A stretch of 64,000 bases of DNA from Candidatus Latescibacterota bacterium (GCA_965206595.1 OZ242214.1:2208001-2272000), one strand, 5' to 3'. Positions 40,800-51,408 are shown, numbered from the stretch's first letter. Notes: generated by a model from the letters alone, not told the origin. Numbers and translations are program-made.

Positions 40800-41090
40800 A
40801 TGAGAGAAACTACAGCGCTGACAGGACCTCTTCTGCTTCTGTCCATCGCCCTCGCACTCACGGTACGGGACGCTCCCGGTGCGGTCATCTTCTGGCCGTC
40901 GCGTCAAACAGCTCTACGATGGGGTGGATTTCCTCGGGGAATACGAGCACTCCTGGGACAGACGCGGCGACTCCGGCAGGCTGGTTCCCCCCGGCTCTAC
41001 CTGTAGCGGACCAAGGCAGTCGTGCAGTCGCAGCGGGAAATCAACAGCGGCATCCTGCCGGTAGCCTACTGATCCTTCCTCTGGAAAGCA
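40800..41090 (+). pseudogene. Internally deleted secreted protein (signal peptide joined to an FlgD-Ig remnant)
   Basis: MRETTALTGPLLLLSIALA followed, with frameshifts, by SGRRVKQLYDG...SWD...SGRLVPPG. Confidence 0.5.
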
Positions 41091-41172
41091 GCGCCGTAGC
41101 GGCGAATCTGTCCCGGCCGCAGTTCCATCGGCGAGAGGCGGAGCTTCGCGAGCACACCGGCGATGGCGGGAT

Positions 41173-41853
41173 TCAGCTGTGGTTGCCCTCGGAAGAGAGG
41201 ACGACCTCCTCGGCCAGGTGCGGAGGGATGAAAAGCACCCCGGTCGCAGTGCCCAGGACGACGTCTCCGGGGATGCAGGTCGCCTCGCCGATGCGGGTGA
41301 TGCCGTTGATGTCCGGCATGGTGACCCCCGGTATCGCCTCCGGGTGGATGCGCTTCACGAAGGTGCAGAAGTCGGGGATTTTCAGGATGCGCTGCAGGTC
41401 GCGGATGCCGCCGTCGATCACCATGCCGCGGCCCCCGTTCGCCTTGATGGCGGTGGTCAGGTTGTCTCCCACGAGATTCACCTTTCCGAACAGGTCGGCC
41501 ACGAGGACGTCGCCGTCCACCATCTCGTCGATCACCCACGAGTTGAGGAAACCGACGCGGCCCTCGGTTTCCCCGAGGCGCAGCAGGGCATCGTGAAGCT
41601 CGGGCCGCATCGGCACCCAGCGGCAGGTGATGGCGCGGCCGACCAGCACCTTGTCGGGAAACAGCACCGTCCAGCCGCCGGCGAAGTTGTGCTCCCAACC
41701 GTGCTTCTTCAGCACCGTCCAGGCATCTTCGCTGGTGACCGATTTCATGCGCTCGAGGATGTCGTCGGGTACCATGGGGCGGCCGGCGGCGTCCCGCTCC
41801 CCCTCCCAGCGGCTGGTCACCTCGGCGATCATGTCGGGGTAGGTCAGTTTCAT
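41173..41853 (-). CDS. RraA / HMG-aldolase-like protein (C-terminus may be frameshifted to ~41066)
   Basis: LVGRAIT, GDNLTTAI, VIDGGIRD and PGDVVLG...GVLFIP motifs. Confidence 0.85.
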   Translation of the reverse strand: MKLTYPDMIAEVTSRWEGERDAAGRPMVPDDILERMKSVTSEDAWTVLKKHGWEHNFAGGWTVLFPDKVLVGRAITCRWVPMRPELHDALLRLGETEGRVGFLNSWVIDEMVDGDVLVADLFGKVNLVGDNLTTAIKANGGRGMVIDGGIRDLQRILKIPDFCTFVKRIHPEAIPGVTMPDINGITRIGEATCIPGDVVLGTATGVLFIPPHLAEEVVLSSEGNHS

Positions 41854-41945
41854 TTCGGCAGCCTTTTCTTTTTTCAGGTCAGAAATCGCCATCGGCCCCG
41901 GACCGCAGGTGCCGGCGAGCCGTGCGGCCGCGGGACAGCGGAGCC

Positions 41946-43076
41946 CTACCCCTCGATCCCCAGCACCCGCGCGGCGCACCCGCCCATGATCATCGCCAGC
42001 CCGGCATCATCCAGCCCGGCGGCCGGGGCGAAGTGGCGCTCGATCCAGTGGCGGGACTGGCGGTAGGTGCAGAAGCGGTTCTGGAACGGCATGTCGGTTC
42101 CGTACATCAGCCTCTCCGGCCCTATGCGCTCTACCATCGCCTCGAGCGCCGGCCAGACCTCGCGGTACGGGTAGTCGAAGAGGTCGCCGATGCGGACCGG
42201 GAAGCAGACCTCGAGGCTGAGATTCGGGTTGGCGAACGGTTCCCAGATTTCCTCCGGCAACGAGATGCCGCCGCCGCCGAGGAAGACGCGCCAGGGAAAG
42301 CCGTGGGTGATGCTGCACACCAGGGACGGGTACTTCTCCATCAGCCGTCCCAGGATGCGCAGCTCGCCGAGATACCCCTGCTGCTGCGCCGTGTCCGGGG
42401 CGCTTTCCAGGCCGCGTCCGGGCCCGGTGCTGAGGGTGAAGAAGACCGGCACCCCGAGAACCGACACCGTCTCCCAGAACGGCTCGTACGCCCCTGCGTC
42501 CCACGGCTCCGGGCTGACGTCGTAGCCGTAGCTGCCGAACTTGATCGCCTGCAGTCCCAGATCGCGGATCGCGGCGGCGATCCCGGCTGTCGCAGCGTCG
42601 GGGTCGCTGTGGATCCGGCGCTCGTCGAGGCCGGCCATCGACAGGATTCGCCCGGGGAACCTGCGCACGCACTGGGCCTGGTAGCCGTTGTCGCGGCCGA
42701 GCATAAGGTTGGTGTGCAGCAGGACCCGCTGCACCCCGGCGTAATCCATCTCGCCGATGAGGCTCTCCGGAGTGAACTCGAGATTGCGCAGGTTCGGCGG
42801 GTAGAAGTGCTTGGTCCAGGTTTCCCCTTCGTAGTCCCACAGGACGCGGCCGAATTCCTTGTCGATGCGGAAGCCGACGTCCGGCAGGTCGTCGAGCGCG
42901 CCGCTCGCCGAGTCGAGGACGTGCGACGGCCCCCCGGCGCCGTCGCGAATCCGGAAGGCGGGCTGGTGGTGGCGCGCCTGGGACTGCTGCACGATGGCGA
43001 GGTGCTCGCCGGCGCTGGCGTACCCCTTTGGACTGTCGGCGGGCTCAAAGCAGTAGGCGTGGGAATCGATGATCAT
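41946..43076 (-). CDS. Amidohydrolase_2 family protein
   Basis: IIDSHAY N-terminus and RLMYGTDMP motif. Confidence 0.88.
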   Translation of the reverse strand: MIIDSHAYCFEPADSPKGYASAGEHLAIVQQSQARHHQPAFRIRDGAGGPSHVLDSASGALDDLPDVGFRIDKEFGRVLWDYEGETWTKHFYPPNLRNLEFTPESLIGEMDYAGVQRVLLHTNLMLGRDNGYQAQCVRRFPGRILSMAGLDERRIHSDPDAATAGIAAAIRDLGLQAIKFGSYGYDVSPEPWDAGAYEPFWETVSVLGVPVFFTLSTGPGRGLESAPDTAQQQGYLGELRILGRLMEKYPSLVCSITHGFPWRVFLGGGGISLPEEIWEPFANPNLSLEVCFPVRIGDLFDYPYREVWPALEAMVERIGPERLMYGTDMPFQNRFCTYRQSRHWIERHFAPAAGLDDAGLAMIMGGCAARVLGIEG

Positions 43077-43174
43077 GGTCGGTCTCCGCTGCTTTCGCAG
43101 GTGAATCCGCGTACGAACAAGGCCCCCTGGGGATCCCGGCTCGCGAGGCCCTGGCGGAACTGGGCGCCCCGGCC

Positions 43175-43957
43175 CTACAGGCTGGTCCAGCCGCCGTCGA
43201 CCATCAGCGAGGTGCCGGTGACGTACTCCGAGGCGTCGGAGGCGAGGAACACCACCGCGCCCTTGATGTCGTCGTTGTGCAGCATGCGCCCGACCGGGGC
43301 GCGTTTTTCGTAGCTCTCGACGAACGGCCCCGGCTGATTGTTGAAGTACCCTCCCGGGCAGATGCAGTTGGCCCGCACCCCCTGCTTGCCGTAGTAGTTG
43401 GCGACGTAGCGGGTGAAGTTGATCATGCCGGCTTTGACGAAGTTGTAGTCCGGCGGCTGCTTCATTTCCGTGCCCTCGTACAGGGTCGGATCGTTGCCGA
43501 CGACCCCGTATATGCTCGAGATGTTGACGATCGAGCCGCGGCCCTGCTCGACCATGGCCGGGACGAAGGCCTTGCACATGGCGAAAAGCCCGGACATGTT
43601 GCCGCTCGCACTGTACTGCCAGTACTCGTAGGTCTGGTCCTCGAAGCCGCCGCCGCGTCCCACGACGGCGCTGTTGACCAGCACGTCGATGCGCCCGAAG
43701 CGGTCGAGCACCTCGCCGCCGAGCGCGGAGATCGAAGCCGGGTCGGTGATGTCGAGCTGCATGGCGTGGGCGTCGTACCCCTCGCCGCGCAGGCGCTCGG
43801 CGAACTCCTGGTTGCGTTCCAGTGAGCGCGACGCCGAGATGACCGTGGCGCCCGCCTCGGCGAGTCCCTCGCTGAGGCTGCTGCCGAACTGGGGGCCCGA
43901 GCCCCCGGACACCAGGGCGACGCGCCCCTGCAGTGAAAACCTGTCGAGAATCCCCAT
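43175..43957 (-). CDS. SDR family oxidoreductase
   Basis: VALVSGG, VLVNSA, NISSIYG, YNFVK and VDGGW motifs. Confidence 0.92.
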   Translation of the reverse strand: MGILDRFSLQGRVALVSGGSGPQFGSSLSEGLAEAGATVISASRSLERNQEFAERLRGEGYDAHAMQLDITDPASISALGGEVLDRFGRIDVLVNSAVVGRGGGFEDQTYEYWQYSASGNMSGLFAMCKAFVPAMVEQGRGSIVNISSIYGVVGNDPTLYEGTEMKQPPDYNFVKAGMINFTRYVANYYGKQGVRANCICPGGYFNNQPGPFVESYEKRAPVGRMLHNDDIKGAVVFLASDASEYVTGTSLMVDGGWTSL

Positions 43958-44157
43958 TTCGAATGCTCCTGTAGTCGCGGTTTCTGGACGGCCGCATCGC
44001 GGCCGCATCGAGCCGCCCGGTCCCTGCACAGCCGGCCGCGGACGAAATAACGGGATTTGGACCCCGAGTAGACAGGTGCGATCTTCTCGCCGCTACGGAA
44101 CCGGCATTCAACAGGATGCGCGGGGTTTTTCGAGCGCGTCTCTGAGGAAGACCACCC

Positions 44158-46779
44158 ATGACCTGCTCTCTCCATCCGGCCTCGCTCCGGCAGGGGATCC
44201 TTCTCGCCGCTGCGGCCTTCCTGCTCCCCCATGCAGCTTTCTCCCAAGAGGGATACACGGTAACGGCGACCGAAATCCGCGCCGACCGCGCCTCCCACTG
44301 GCGCGCCTGGGGCGTCGTCGGCGGAACCATCGAGATATCGCCCGGCGGCTCGGTGAGCCCCCGGTTCCTGCGCAAGGACATCAACGCCGCGCTCGACGCG
44401 CTGGAGTTCTCCACCGAGGACACCCGGGGCGGAGTGCTCGTCGGCTCCAACCCCGCCGACGCCGACCTCGTCGTCGACGGCGACCTGAGCACGAGCTGGG
44501 GACCGGACCTCGACGACCCGCTGGACCAATGGTGGATCGAGCTGCACCTCGGGCGCATCGTCGTAGTGCAGAAGATCGTGCTGCGTTTCGCCGGCGAGGG
44601 GGACGGCGAGCCGTTCCTGCAGTTCAAGGTGCGGGCGTGGCGCACGCCGACCTCTAGACTGGCGAGCGTCGGGTACCTCGACGGCACAGACGTGCCGAAG
44701 TTCTGGGAGCTGGGGCGGACGTTCAAGCCGAACAAGGTGCAGCGGGAGTTCGAGTTTTTTCCCGACCCCGAGTTGCAGAACGCCTTCCTGGGATGGGAGT
44801 CGCAAATCTCCGCCAACAACGACTTCGTCGGCGATCCCCTCGACCGTATCCAGATCATCATCACCGACTCCGACTTCGACCACGGCGCCGAGCTGCCCTC
44901 GGAAGCGGCCTGGGCGGCGCTCCCAGAGGAGCAGAGGGGGGCCGTCGACTATTACCGCAGCGAGCCATCCGGCAGGGAATCGCTGGTGAGCGAGGAGGAG
45001 TACTTCGATATCGCCGAAGAGCGCCGCGGCTCCATCCGCTACTACCGCAAGGAACGGCCGCGCCTCGCCGAGATCGAGGTCTGGACCGCGGGGGACAACA
45101 TCATCCTCGGGGTCGTGGAACGGGGGGGATTCGTCAGCGTGGAGGCGAACGCCGGCGACGCCAAGGACATCGGCTCCACCGCCTCGGACGGCCGCTACTC
45201 CACCGGTTTCACCGGAACGATCTTCGGCGGGCTGATATACGACATCTTCATCGACCTGGGGACCATCTACTGGCTCGACACCCTCCACTTCCTCAACGAC
45301 GGCAAGAGCGGATTCGAGCACATGGCGGTCGACGTCTCCACCGGGGTGAGGGCTCCCGACGGCAGCATCAAGTGGACGAGGGTGGCCGGCGGCGTCGACG
45401 ACGTGCGCCTGATCCAGCAGGGGCGCGCGTCCTACAAGTTCCGCGAGTACCGGATCGATCCGGTACTCGCCCGCTACATCAGGGCCCCGTTCGGCATGCC
45501 GGTGTACACGGGCACGCAGTCGACGACGGGAGCCCGCTTCATCTCGCTGACGGAGCTGCTGCTCTACGGCGAGGGCTACGTCCCCGAAGTCCTTCTCACC
45601 TCCGACCTGGTGACGCTGGGGGGAACCAGGAATCTCGTCTCCATCGAGTGGGACGCCGACACTCCCCCCGGCACCGCCGTTCAGCTGCAGACCCGGTCCG
45701 GCAACAGCCTGGATGAGATCTTCACCTACTACGACGACAACGGCAACGTGGTCACCGAGTCCCGGTACAACAAGCTGCCGAAGTCGAAGAAGGGAGAGAT
45801 CACGAGCTTCTTCAAACCGGGAGGAGACTGGAGCCCCTGGAGCACGCCCTACCTGGAGCAGGGGGCGCAGATAAAGTCGCCGAGCCCCCGCCAGTACATG
45901 CAGATCAGGACGGCGCTGCAGTCCGGGGATCCGTACGCGGCGGCGACCCTGCATGCGGTCACCGTCGACGTCACCGATCCGCTGGCGAGCCGGCTGATCG
46001 GCGAAATCTGGCCGGTTGCCATCGACTCCCTCGGGCGGCCCCGGGAGCTTTCGTTCTTCATCCGCCCGTCGTTCACCGAGAGGGGCCAGGGGTTCGACGA
46101 GGTGCGCATCGAGGCGACCGGGGAAACCTCGCTCGAGCTGATCGGGGCTCTCACCGGCAGCGACGGCGACTTCCGGGACGGGGCCGCGTCCCTCCTTCCC
46201 GCCGCCGAGCTGGAGGTCATGGATTCGGAGCCGGGCACCCTGTGGTTCCGCCTGCCTGAGGCGGTCGCCAGCGGCGTCGACCTCGTCGAGGTCCGCTTCC
46301 GCGCCACGCCCTACAACACCAGCACCTCGTTCCAGGCCCTCGGACAGGATTCCGCCACCCCGGGCCTCTGGCAGCGCGTCGACGTCGGCGACGCCACCGA
46401 TCTCGTCGACAGCCAGTCGACGACGGTGCTGGCCGTCTCCGGCAACCGGGTACTGCAGGATCTCGTCGCCTCCTCGTCGGTGCTGACGCCGAACGGAGAC
46501 GGTGTCAACGACGAGACCACCTTCGAGTTCGGCATCGCCCGCATAAGCTCCGGGGAGGCGGTGTCGCTGAGGATCTACGACCTGTCCGGCGGTCTCGTGG
46601 GTGAATTCTCCGAGGAACGCCAGGATCCCCGGGGCAGCTGGGAAATGGCCTGGGGCGGCCATGACGGCAGCGGCAACCTGGTGCCCCCCGGGATCTACAT
46701 CGCCTCGGTGGAGGTGGCGGCGCAGTCCGCCACGGCCACCGCCACCACGGCGCAACTGCTCCTCTACGTCGCCTACTGA
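44158..46779 (+). CDS. Large secreted protein with C-terminal FlgD-Ig domain
   Basis: Signal peptide; C-terminal TPNGDGVND...IYDLSG...W.G.D..G.LVPPGIY. Confidence 0.85.
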   Translation: MTCSLHPASLRQGILLAAAAFLLPHAAFSQEGYTVTATEIRADRASHWRAWGVVGGTIEISPGGSVSPRFLRKDINAALDALEFSTEDTRGGVLVGSNPADADLVVDGDLSTSWGPDLDDPLDQWWIELHLGRIVVVQKIVLRFAGEGDGEPFLQFKVRAWRTPTSRLASVGYLDGTDVPKFWELGRTFKPNKVQREFEFFPDPELQNAFLGWESQISANNDFVGDPLDRIQIIITDSDFDHGAELPSEAAWAALPEEQRGAVDYYRSEPSGRESLVSEEEYFDIAEERRGSIRYYRKERPRLAEIEVWTAGDNIILGVVERGGFVSVEANAGDAKDIGSTASDGRYSTGFTGTIFGGLIYDIFIDLGTIYWLDTLHFLNDGKSGFEHMAVDVSTGVRAPDGSIKWTRVAGGVDDVRLIQQGRASYKFREYRIDPVLARYIRAPFGMPVYTGTQSTTGARFISLTELLLYGEGYVPEVLLTSDLVTLGGTRNLVSIEWDADTPPGTAVQLQTRSGNSLDEIFTYYDDNGNVVTESRYNKLPKSKKGEITSFFKPGGDWSPWSTPYLEQGAQIKSPSPRQYMQIRTALQSGDPYAAATLHAVTVDVTDPLASRLIGEIWPVAIDSLGRPRELSFFIRPSFTERGQGFDEVRIEATGETSLELIGALTGSDGDFRDGAASLLPAAELEVMDSEPGTLWFRLPEAVASGVDLVEVRFRATPYNTSTSFQALGQDSATPGLWQRVDVGDATDLVDSQSTTVLAVSGNRVLQDLVASSSVLTPNGDGVNDETTFEFGIARISSGEAVSLRIYDLSGGLVGEFSEERQDPRGSWEMAWGGHDGSGNLVPPGIYIASVEVAAQSATATATTAQLLLYVAY

Positions 46780-46798
46780 CCGGCCGATCCCCGGGACA

Positions 46799-48481
46799 TT
46801 GCGTTTGACGACGGTCCCCGGCTCCGCTCGTTCCCTGCCCCGCGGGGCACTGGCGGCGGTGCTGGCTGTTTTGGCATGCTCACCCGACGGGCCGGCTCCT
46901 CCTGAAGTCGACCCCCCCCTCCTCGCGGAAATCACCGCGGAAGCCGGGCTCCCCGCGGCGCCGGCTCCGGTCGCGGAGGGCACCTGGTTCCTTCCCGAGA
47001 TCATGGGGGGCGGCGTCGCCCTCTTCGACGCCGACGGCGACGGCGACCTCGATCTGCTGCACGTCCGCTCTCCCGCCCCCGGCCGTCCCGAGGACCCGGC
47101 CCCGAACCGCTTCTACCGGCAGGAGGAGGACTGCCGCTTCACGGAGGCGGGGGCCGCCGCGGGCATCGACGATCCGGGATACGGCCAGGGGACCGCGGCC
47201 GGCGACGTCGACAACGACGGCCGTCCCGACCTGTTCGCCGCCAACTACGGCCCCGACGCCCTCTACCGGAACCGCGGCAACGGCACTTTCGCCCCCACCG
47301 ATTCCGCCGCCTTCTCCAACAGCTGGAGCACTTCGGCCGCCTTCGTCGACTACGACCGCGACGGCGACCTCGATCTCTACGCCGTGCACTACGTCGACTA
47401 CTACCCCGGCGTGGTCTGCCGCTCCCCGAACGGCGTCGACTACTGCCCGCCCGGCAAGTTCCCCGGTGTGCGCGACGCCCTGTACCGGAACGAAGGGGGG
47501 AGCTTCGCCGACGTCTCCGCGGCAGCCGGCATGGACGCCCCTGCCCGGGGGTTGGGGGTGGCCTGCGCCGATCTGACGGGGGACGGCTGGGTCGACATCT
47601 ACGTCGCCAATGACGGCGAGGCCAACCAGCTCTGGATCGGCCAGGGGGACGGCACCTTCCTCGACGAAGCGGTGATGCGGGGAGCCGGGTTCAACGGCAA
47701 CGGCAAGCCGGAAGGGAGCATGGGAGTGACGATCGCCGATGCCGACGGGGACGGCCGCTTCGACCTGGCCATGACCAACCTCTGGAACGAGAGCAACACC
47801 CTGTTGGCCGGCAGCGGCGGCGGGCTCTTCAGCGACGTGTCCGGGCGCTCCGGGATGGCCGCGGTCGACCTGCCCCTCACCGGCTTCGGCTGCGGTTTCT
47901 TCGACTACGATCACGACGGCGACCTCGACTTCGCCGTCGTCAACGGTCGCGTGCAGGGCTGGCCGCCGCTGCCGGCGGCGCGTCCCGGAGATTTCTGGAG
48001 CAGCTACGCCGAGCCCAACCTGCTCTTCGAGAACGGCGGGGGCGGCGGTTTCGCCAACGTCGGCGAACAGGCGGGCGGCTTCTCCTCCCTGCCTGAGATC
48101 GACCGCGGCCTCGCCTTCGGCGATCTCGACGGCGACGGCGACCTCGACCTCGCGGTCGGCGGCCTCTGGCAGGTGAGGCTGTTCCGCAACGACGCCCCCC
48201 CGGCCGGCAACCGCTGGCTCTCGGTGCGCGCCCTGACCGGAGACAGGGACGCCATCGGCGCCGAGGTCGTTGTCTCCGCAGGCGGCAGGCAGCAGCGGGG
48301 CCTCGTGGCAGCCGGGTACAGCTACGCGAGCAGCAGCTCGCCGCGGGCCCATTTCGGCCTCGGCGGGAGCGAGTGCGACTCCGTCGAGGTCCTGTGGCCG
48401 GACGGCAGCCGGGAGCGCTTCGCCATTGCGGGTGTAAACCGCGCAGTGACCGTGCGGCAGGGAGAAGGGGTGACCCTGTGA
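46799..48481 (+). CDS. CRTAC1-like FG-GAP repeat / ASPIC-UnbV lipoprotein
   Basis: Many DxDxDGxxD repeats, C-terminal AHFGLG...V.WPDG, lipobox VLAC; start approximate. Confidence 0.88.
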   Translation: MRLTTVPGSARSLPRGALAAVLAVLACSPDGPAPPEVDPPLLAEITAEAGLPAAPAPVAEGTWFLPEIMGGGVALFDADGDGDLDLLHVRSPAPGRPEDPAPNRFYRQEEDCRFTEAGAAAGIDDPGYGQGTAAGDVDNDGRPDLFAANYGPDALYRNRGNGTFAPTDSAAFSNSWSTSAAFVDYDRDGDLDLYAVHYVDYYPGVVCRSPNGVDYCPPGKFPGVRDALYRNEGGSFADVSAAAGMDAPARGLGVACADLTGDGWVDIYVANDGEANQLWIGQGDGTFLDEAVMRGAGFNGNGKPEGSMGVTIADADGDGRFDLAMTNLWNESNTLLAGSGGGLFSDVSGRSGMAAVDLPLTGFGCGFFDYDHDGDLDFAVVNGRVQGWPPLPAARPGDFWSSYAEPNLLFENGGGGGFANVGEQAGGFSSLPEIDRGLAFGDLDGDGDLDLAVGGLWQVRLFRNDAPPAGNRWLSVRALTGDRDAIGAEVVVSAGGRQQRGLVAAGYSYASSSSPRAHFGLGGSECDSVEVLWPDGSRERFAIAGVNRAVTVRQGEGVTL

Positions 48482-49728
48482 GGTTCGCGGTCCTGGCCGC
48501 TGCGGTCCTGGCTGGCCTCGGGTGCGGCGACGACCGGAGCCCGGAGGCCGTTCCCCTGCCCGACCTGACCCAGGTTGCAGACGAGCGTCTGCTGTCGGCC
48601 GTACGGGAGGCGCGGGCGGCGGTCGTGGAGGATCCCGACTCGGCGCCGGCCTGGGGTCGGCTCGGCCACCTCTACTTCGCCCACGGCTGGCCGCAGAAAG
48701 CGTCGCAATGTTACCAGGAGGCCGGCGAACGGCAGCCGGGCGCATCGAGGTGGCTCTACTTCCTGGGGCGGGCACTCTACCAGGTCGACGCCGCCGGCGC
48801 AGCCGGGGCTTTTGCCGAGGCGGTCTCCCTCGACGCCGGCAGCGCCCCGGTCCCGTACTACGTCCACGGCGCCCGCGTCCACCGGGATCTCGGCCGCACC
48901 GACGAAGCCCTGGCCCTGCTCGAAAGCGCCCGGGAACGGCATCCGCGCAGCTCGTCGGTCGAGCTGGCCCTCGGGCAGGTGCACCTGGCGGCGCGCCGCT
49001 ACAACGAGGCGCGGGAGCACCTCGAAAGCGCGCTCGCCCTCGACCCCGAGCGGGGCGAGACCCATACCGCCCTGTCGCAGGTGCACATGGCCGCGGGGAA
49101 CCGCGGCGAAGCCGCCCGCCACGCCCGGCTCGGGGTGCGCTACTTCGAGCAGGGAAGCATTCCGGATCCCCTGTTCGCCGAGGTGGCCCGGGCAGGGGTC
49201 AGCTCCTTCTGGCTGCATCGGCGCGGGAAAAAACGGCTGCAGGAAGGGGATTACGCCGGCGCCCTCGAGGAGTACTCGCAGGCCGTCGCCGCGGGGGAAA
49301 GCGATCCGATGGTCTGGAACGGGTACGGCAGCGCCCTGCTCGGGGTCGGACGCCACGAGGAAGGGGTCGCCGCCCTGGAGCGCGCCTTCGAGGCGGCGCA
49401 GAGCGGCTCGAGCCCTGGCGGCCTTTCCCCGGACAACATGCGCCTCATCCACACCAACCTCGGCCACGCCTTGGCGGCCAGCGGCGACCTAGACCGCGCC
49501 GGGCATCACCTGCGCGCGGCCCTGAAGCTCGACCCGGCCGCGGTCACGGCGGCCTACAACCTCGCCCTCCTGCACTACCGCCGCGGGCAACCTGAGCTTG
49601 GGCTCGAGGTGCTTTCGGGGGTGCCGGACCTCGAAAGCCATCCCGAGGCGGTGCGGCTGCGCGACAGATTGCGCGCCGCCGCTGGCCTGGCGGATCAGCC
49701 CCGCGGCGACCGCAGGGAAAACCGGTAG
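48478..49728 (+). CDS. TPR-repeat lipoprotein
   Basis: Lipobox LGC, multiple TPR helical repeats, GTGA overlap with the upstream gene. Confidence 0.85.
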   Translation: MRFAVLAAAVLAGLGCGDDRSPEAVPLPDLTQVADERLLSAVREARAAVVEDPDSAPAWGRLGHLYFAHGWPQKASQCYQEAGERQPGASRWLYFLGRALYQVDAAGAAGAFAEAVSLDAGSAPVPYYVHGARVHRDLGRTDEALALLESARERHPRSSSVELALGQVHLAARRYNEAREHLESALALDPERGETHTALSQVHMAAGNRGEAARHARLGVRYFEQGSIPDPLFAEVARAGVSSFWLHRRGKKRLQEGDYAGALEEYSQAVAAGESDPMVWNGYGSALLGVGRHEEGVAALERAFEAAQSGSSPGGLSPDNMRLIHTNLGHALAASGDLDRAGHHLRAALKLDPAAVTAAYNLALLHYRRGQPELGLEVLSGVPDLESHPEAVRLRDRLRAAAGLADQPRGDRRENR

Positions 49729-51404
49729 ACGCGGACCTCCCCCGTCTCGAACAGCAGCTCGAGGGTTCCCTTCCTCCGCAGCAGACCGCGCAGGGCAGGA
49801 GAGGCGCGCTCGACATCCAGCAGCAGGTAGCGGGCGCCGCGCGCCTGCAGATCATCGATGTCCGCCGAAGTCGGCTTCCGCAGGCGGCGGCGGAACTCGC
49901 GGTGGTGATCGGGGAAATACCCGGAGAAGCCGTTCAGGAGCGGCTTCTCGAACTCCAGTCCCTGCAGCATGGCCACCACCACCGGCTCGAAATGGACGGC
50001 GCGGCCGCTCGCAGAGGGGGGCAGGAAGGCGACCGGCCCCGGCGGCAGCTCCCGCAGCCGCTCCACCCAGGGTCGGGAGTACACGTCGTCCCTCTCCGGA
50101 CTGAATCGCTGCTGGGGGGGCAGCACCTCGGCCACGGCGAGCGCCGCCAATGCGAGGGCAATGCCGCGTCCGCCGCGACCCCACCGGTTCCAGAGGAGAT
50201 CGAGCCCGATGGCGGCCAGGGCCAACATGCCGACCTGCATGAAGGCGGCGAGGCGGAAGGAGCTGCGCATCTGGGAAAACCCCGGATAGACCTGGCGCAG
50301 CGACTCGTAGGGGGAGAACCCGAACAGGCTCACCCGCGGCCCGAAGCTCAGCAGGAAGGCCAGCGCCGCGAAAGCCGCGAAGCAGAGCACGAGCCGGCGC
50401 CGCCGGCCGGTTTTAAGGGAAAGCGCGGCCCCGGCGAGCGCCAGCAGCGACAGCGCCGTCCCCGGGTAGAGCCGCTGCGGGGCCGCGGAGAGATCGCGGA
50501 ACTCGTCGTCACCGAGCCAGGGAACCAGGCCCGCGGCGCTGGCCCGGGAGCGCAGCTTCAGGAAGTGCTCCGGCACGGCGCTGCCGATGGCGAGCGCCGC
50601 CTCGTTGCGGCTGAACTCCCGGGTCGACTCCAGCTGACCCGGAAGCACCGGGGCCAGCAGCAGCAGACAGGTCGCCGCGGCCGCGGCGACTCTTTTCGCA
50701 TTCGCCGCAGTGAGGTGTTCCCTCCTGACCAGCAGGGCCCCCGCCAGGAGCAGGAACAGGGACAGGTAAACCCCGAAGTAGGTCGACGTGAGGTAGGCGA
50801 CGGCCGCCCACAGACCCAGGCGCGCGGCGCCGCCGTAGTCCGGCGCCTGCAGGAACCGGACCAGGGCGGCGACGGCGAACAGCACGGGAAACAGCACCGT
50901 CATCTGGATCACGCCGAGCTCGTTGGATACCCAGGGCAGCCCGACCGCGAGCAGGCCGGCCAGCAACGCCGGAGCGCGGCCGGCTCCGAGGACTGCGGCC
51001 AGGTGCGCCGCGGCGGCGCCGTTGAGCACGAGGATGGCGAGCAGACAGAGGTTGTAGGACAGGAACGGGTCCGAGGTCGCCAGGCGCAGGGCCGCGAACA
51101 GCAGGCCGGTGGCCGGCATCGGATCCGACAGCCCGAAGGCGCCGGCCTGCGGGTGGAAGATCGGCGCCTCCCAGTAGCCGGAGAACAGGTGGGCGGCGCG
51201 GTCGGCGTTCCAGCTCAGGGTCCAGAGGTTGAACAGCGGCAGCGTCGCCGAAGACTCGCTGCCCAGCGGCAGGCGCGACCCGAGTTCGAGCAGGAGCGGC
51301 CAGGTGAACAGGAGGGCGAGCCCGAAATAGAGAACGGGCCCCGCCAGGAGGGGCGCGGTCCGGCCCCCAGCCCTCCTGATCCTCCCTGCGAGGCCGGGCC
51401 CCAC
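49695..51404 (-). CDS. Polytopic membrane protein, GT-C/YfhO-like
   Basis: Many hydrophobic segments; W.L.W...W.APIF.P, R...R and NGFSGYFP motifs. Confidence 0.7.
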   Translation of the reverse strand: MGPGLAGRIRRAGGRTAPLLAGPVLYFGLALLFTWPLLLELGSRLPLGSESSATLPLFNLWTLSWNADRAAHLFSGYWEAPIFHPQAGAFGLSDPMPATGLLFAALRLATSDPFLSYNLCLLAILVLNGAAAAHLAAVLGAGRAPALLAGLLAVGLPWVSNELGVIQMTVLFPVLFAVAALVRFLQAPDYGGAARLGLWAAVAYLTSTYFGVYLSLFLLLAGALLVRREHLTAANAKRVAAAAATCLLLLAPVLPGQLESTREFSRNEAALAIGSAVPEHFLKLRSRASAAGLVPWLGDDEFRDLSAAPQRLYPGTALSLLALAGAALSLKTGRRRRLVLCFAAFAALAFLLSFGPRVSLFGFSPYESLRQVYPGFSQMRSSFRLAAFMQVGMLALAAIGLDLLWNRWGRGGRGIALALAALAVAEVLPPQQRFSPERDDVYSRPWVERLRELPPGPVAFLPPSASGRAVHFEPVVVAMLQGLEFEKPLLNGFSGYFPDHHREFRRRLRKPTSADIDDLQARGARYLLLDVERASPALRGLLRRKGTLELLFETGEVRVYRFSLRSPRG

Positions 51405-51408
51405 CGCG

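Noticed and set aside
41946-44864. Apparent giant fusion ORFs (972 aa here; also 53995..56406, 59908..62142, 60930..63755, 23111..25006)
   Set aside because: The N-terminal extensions overlap other real genes; true starts lie downstream at the family-typical N-termini.
43462-47004. 1180-aa minus-strand ORF and other long antisense ORFs (for example 10362..11726, 49902..51779, 52136..54145)
   Set aside because: They are shadows of well-supported genes in high-GC DNA and carry no recognisable motifs.
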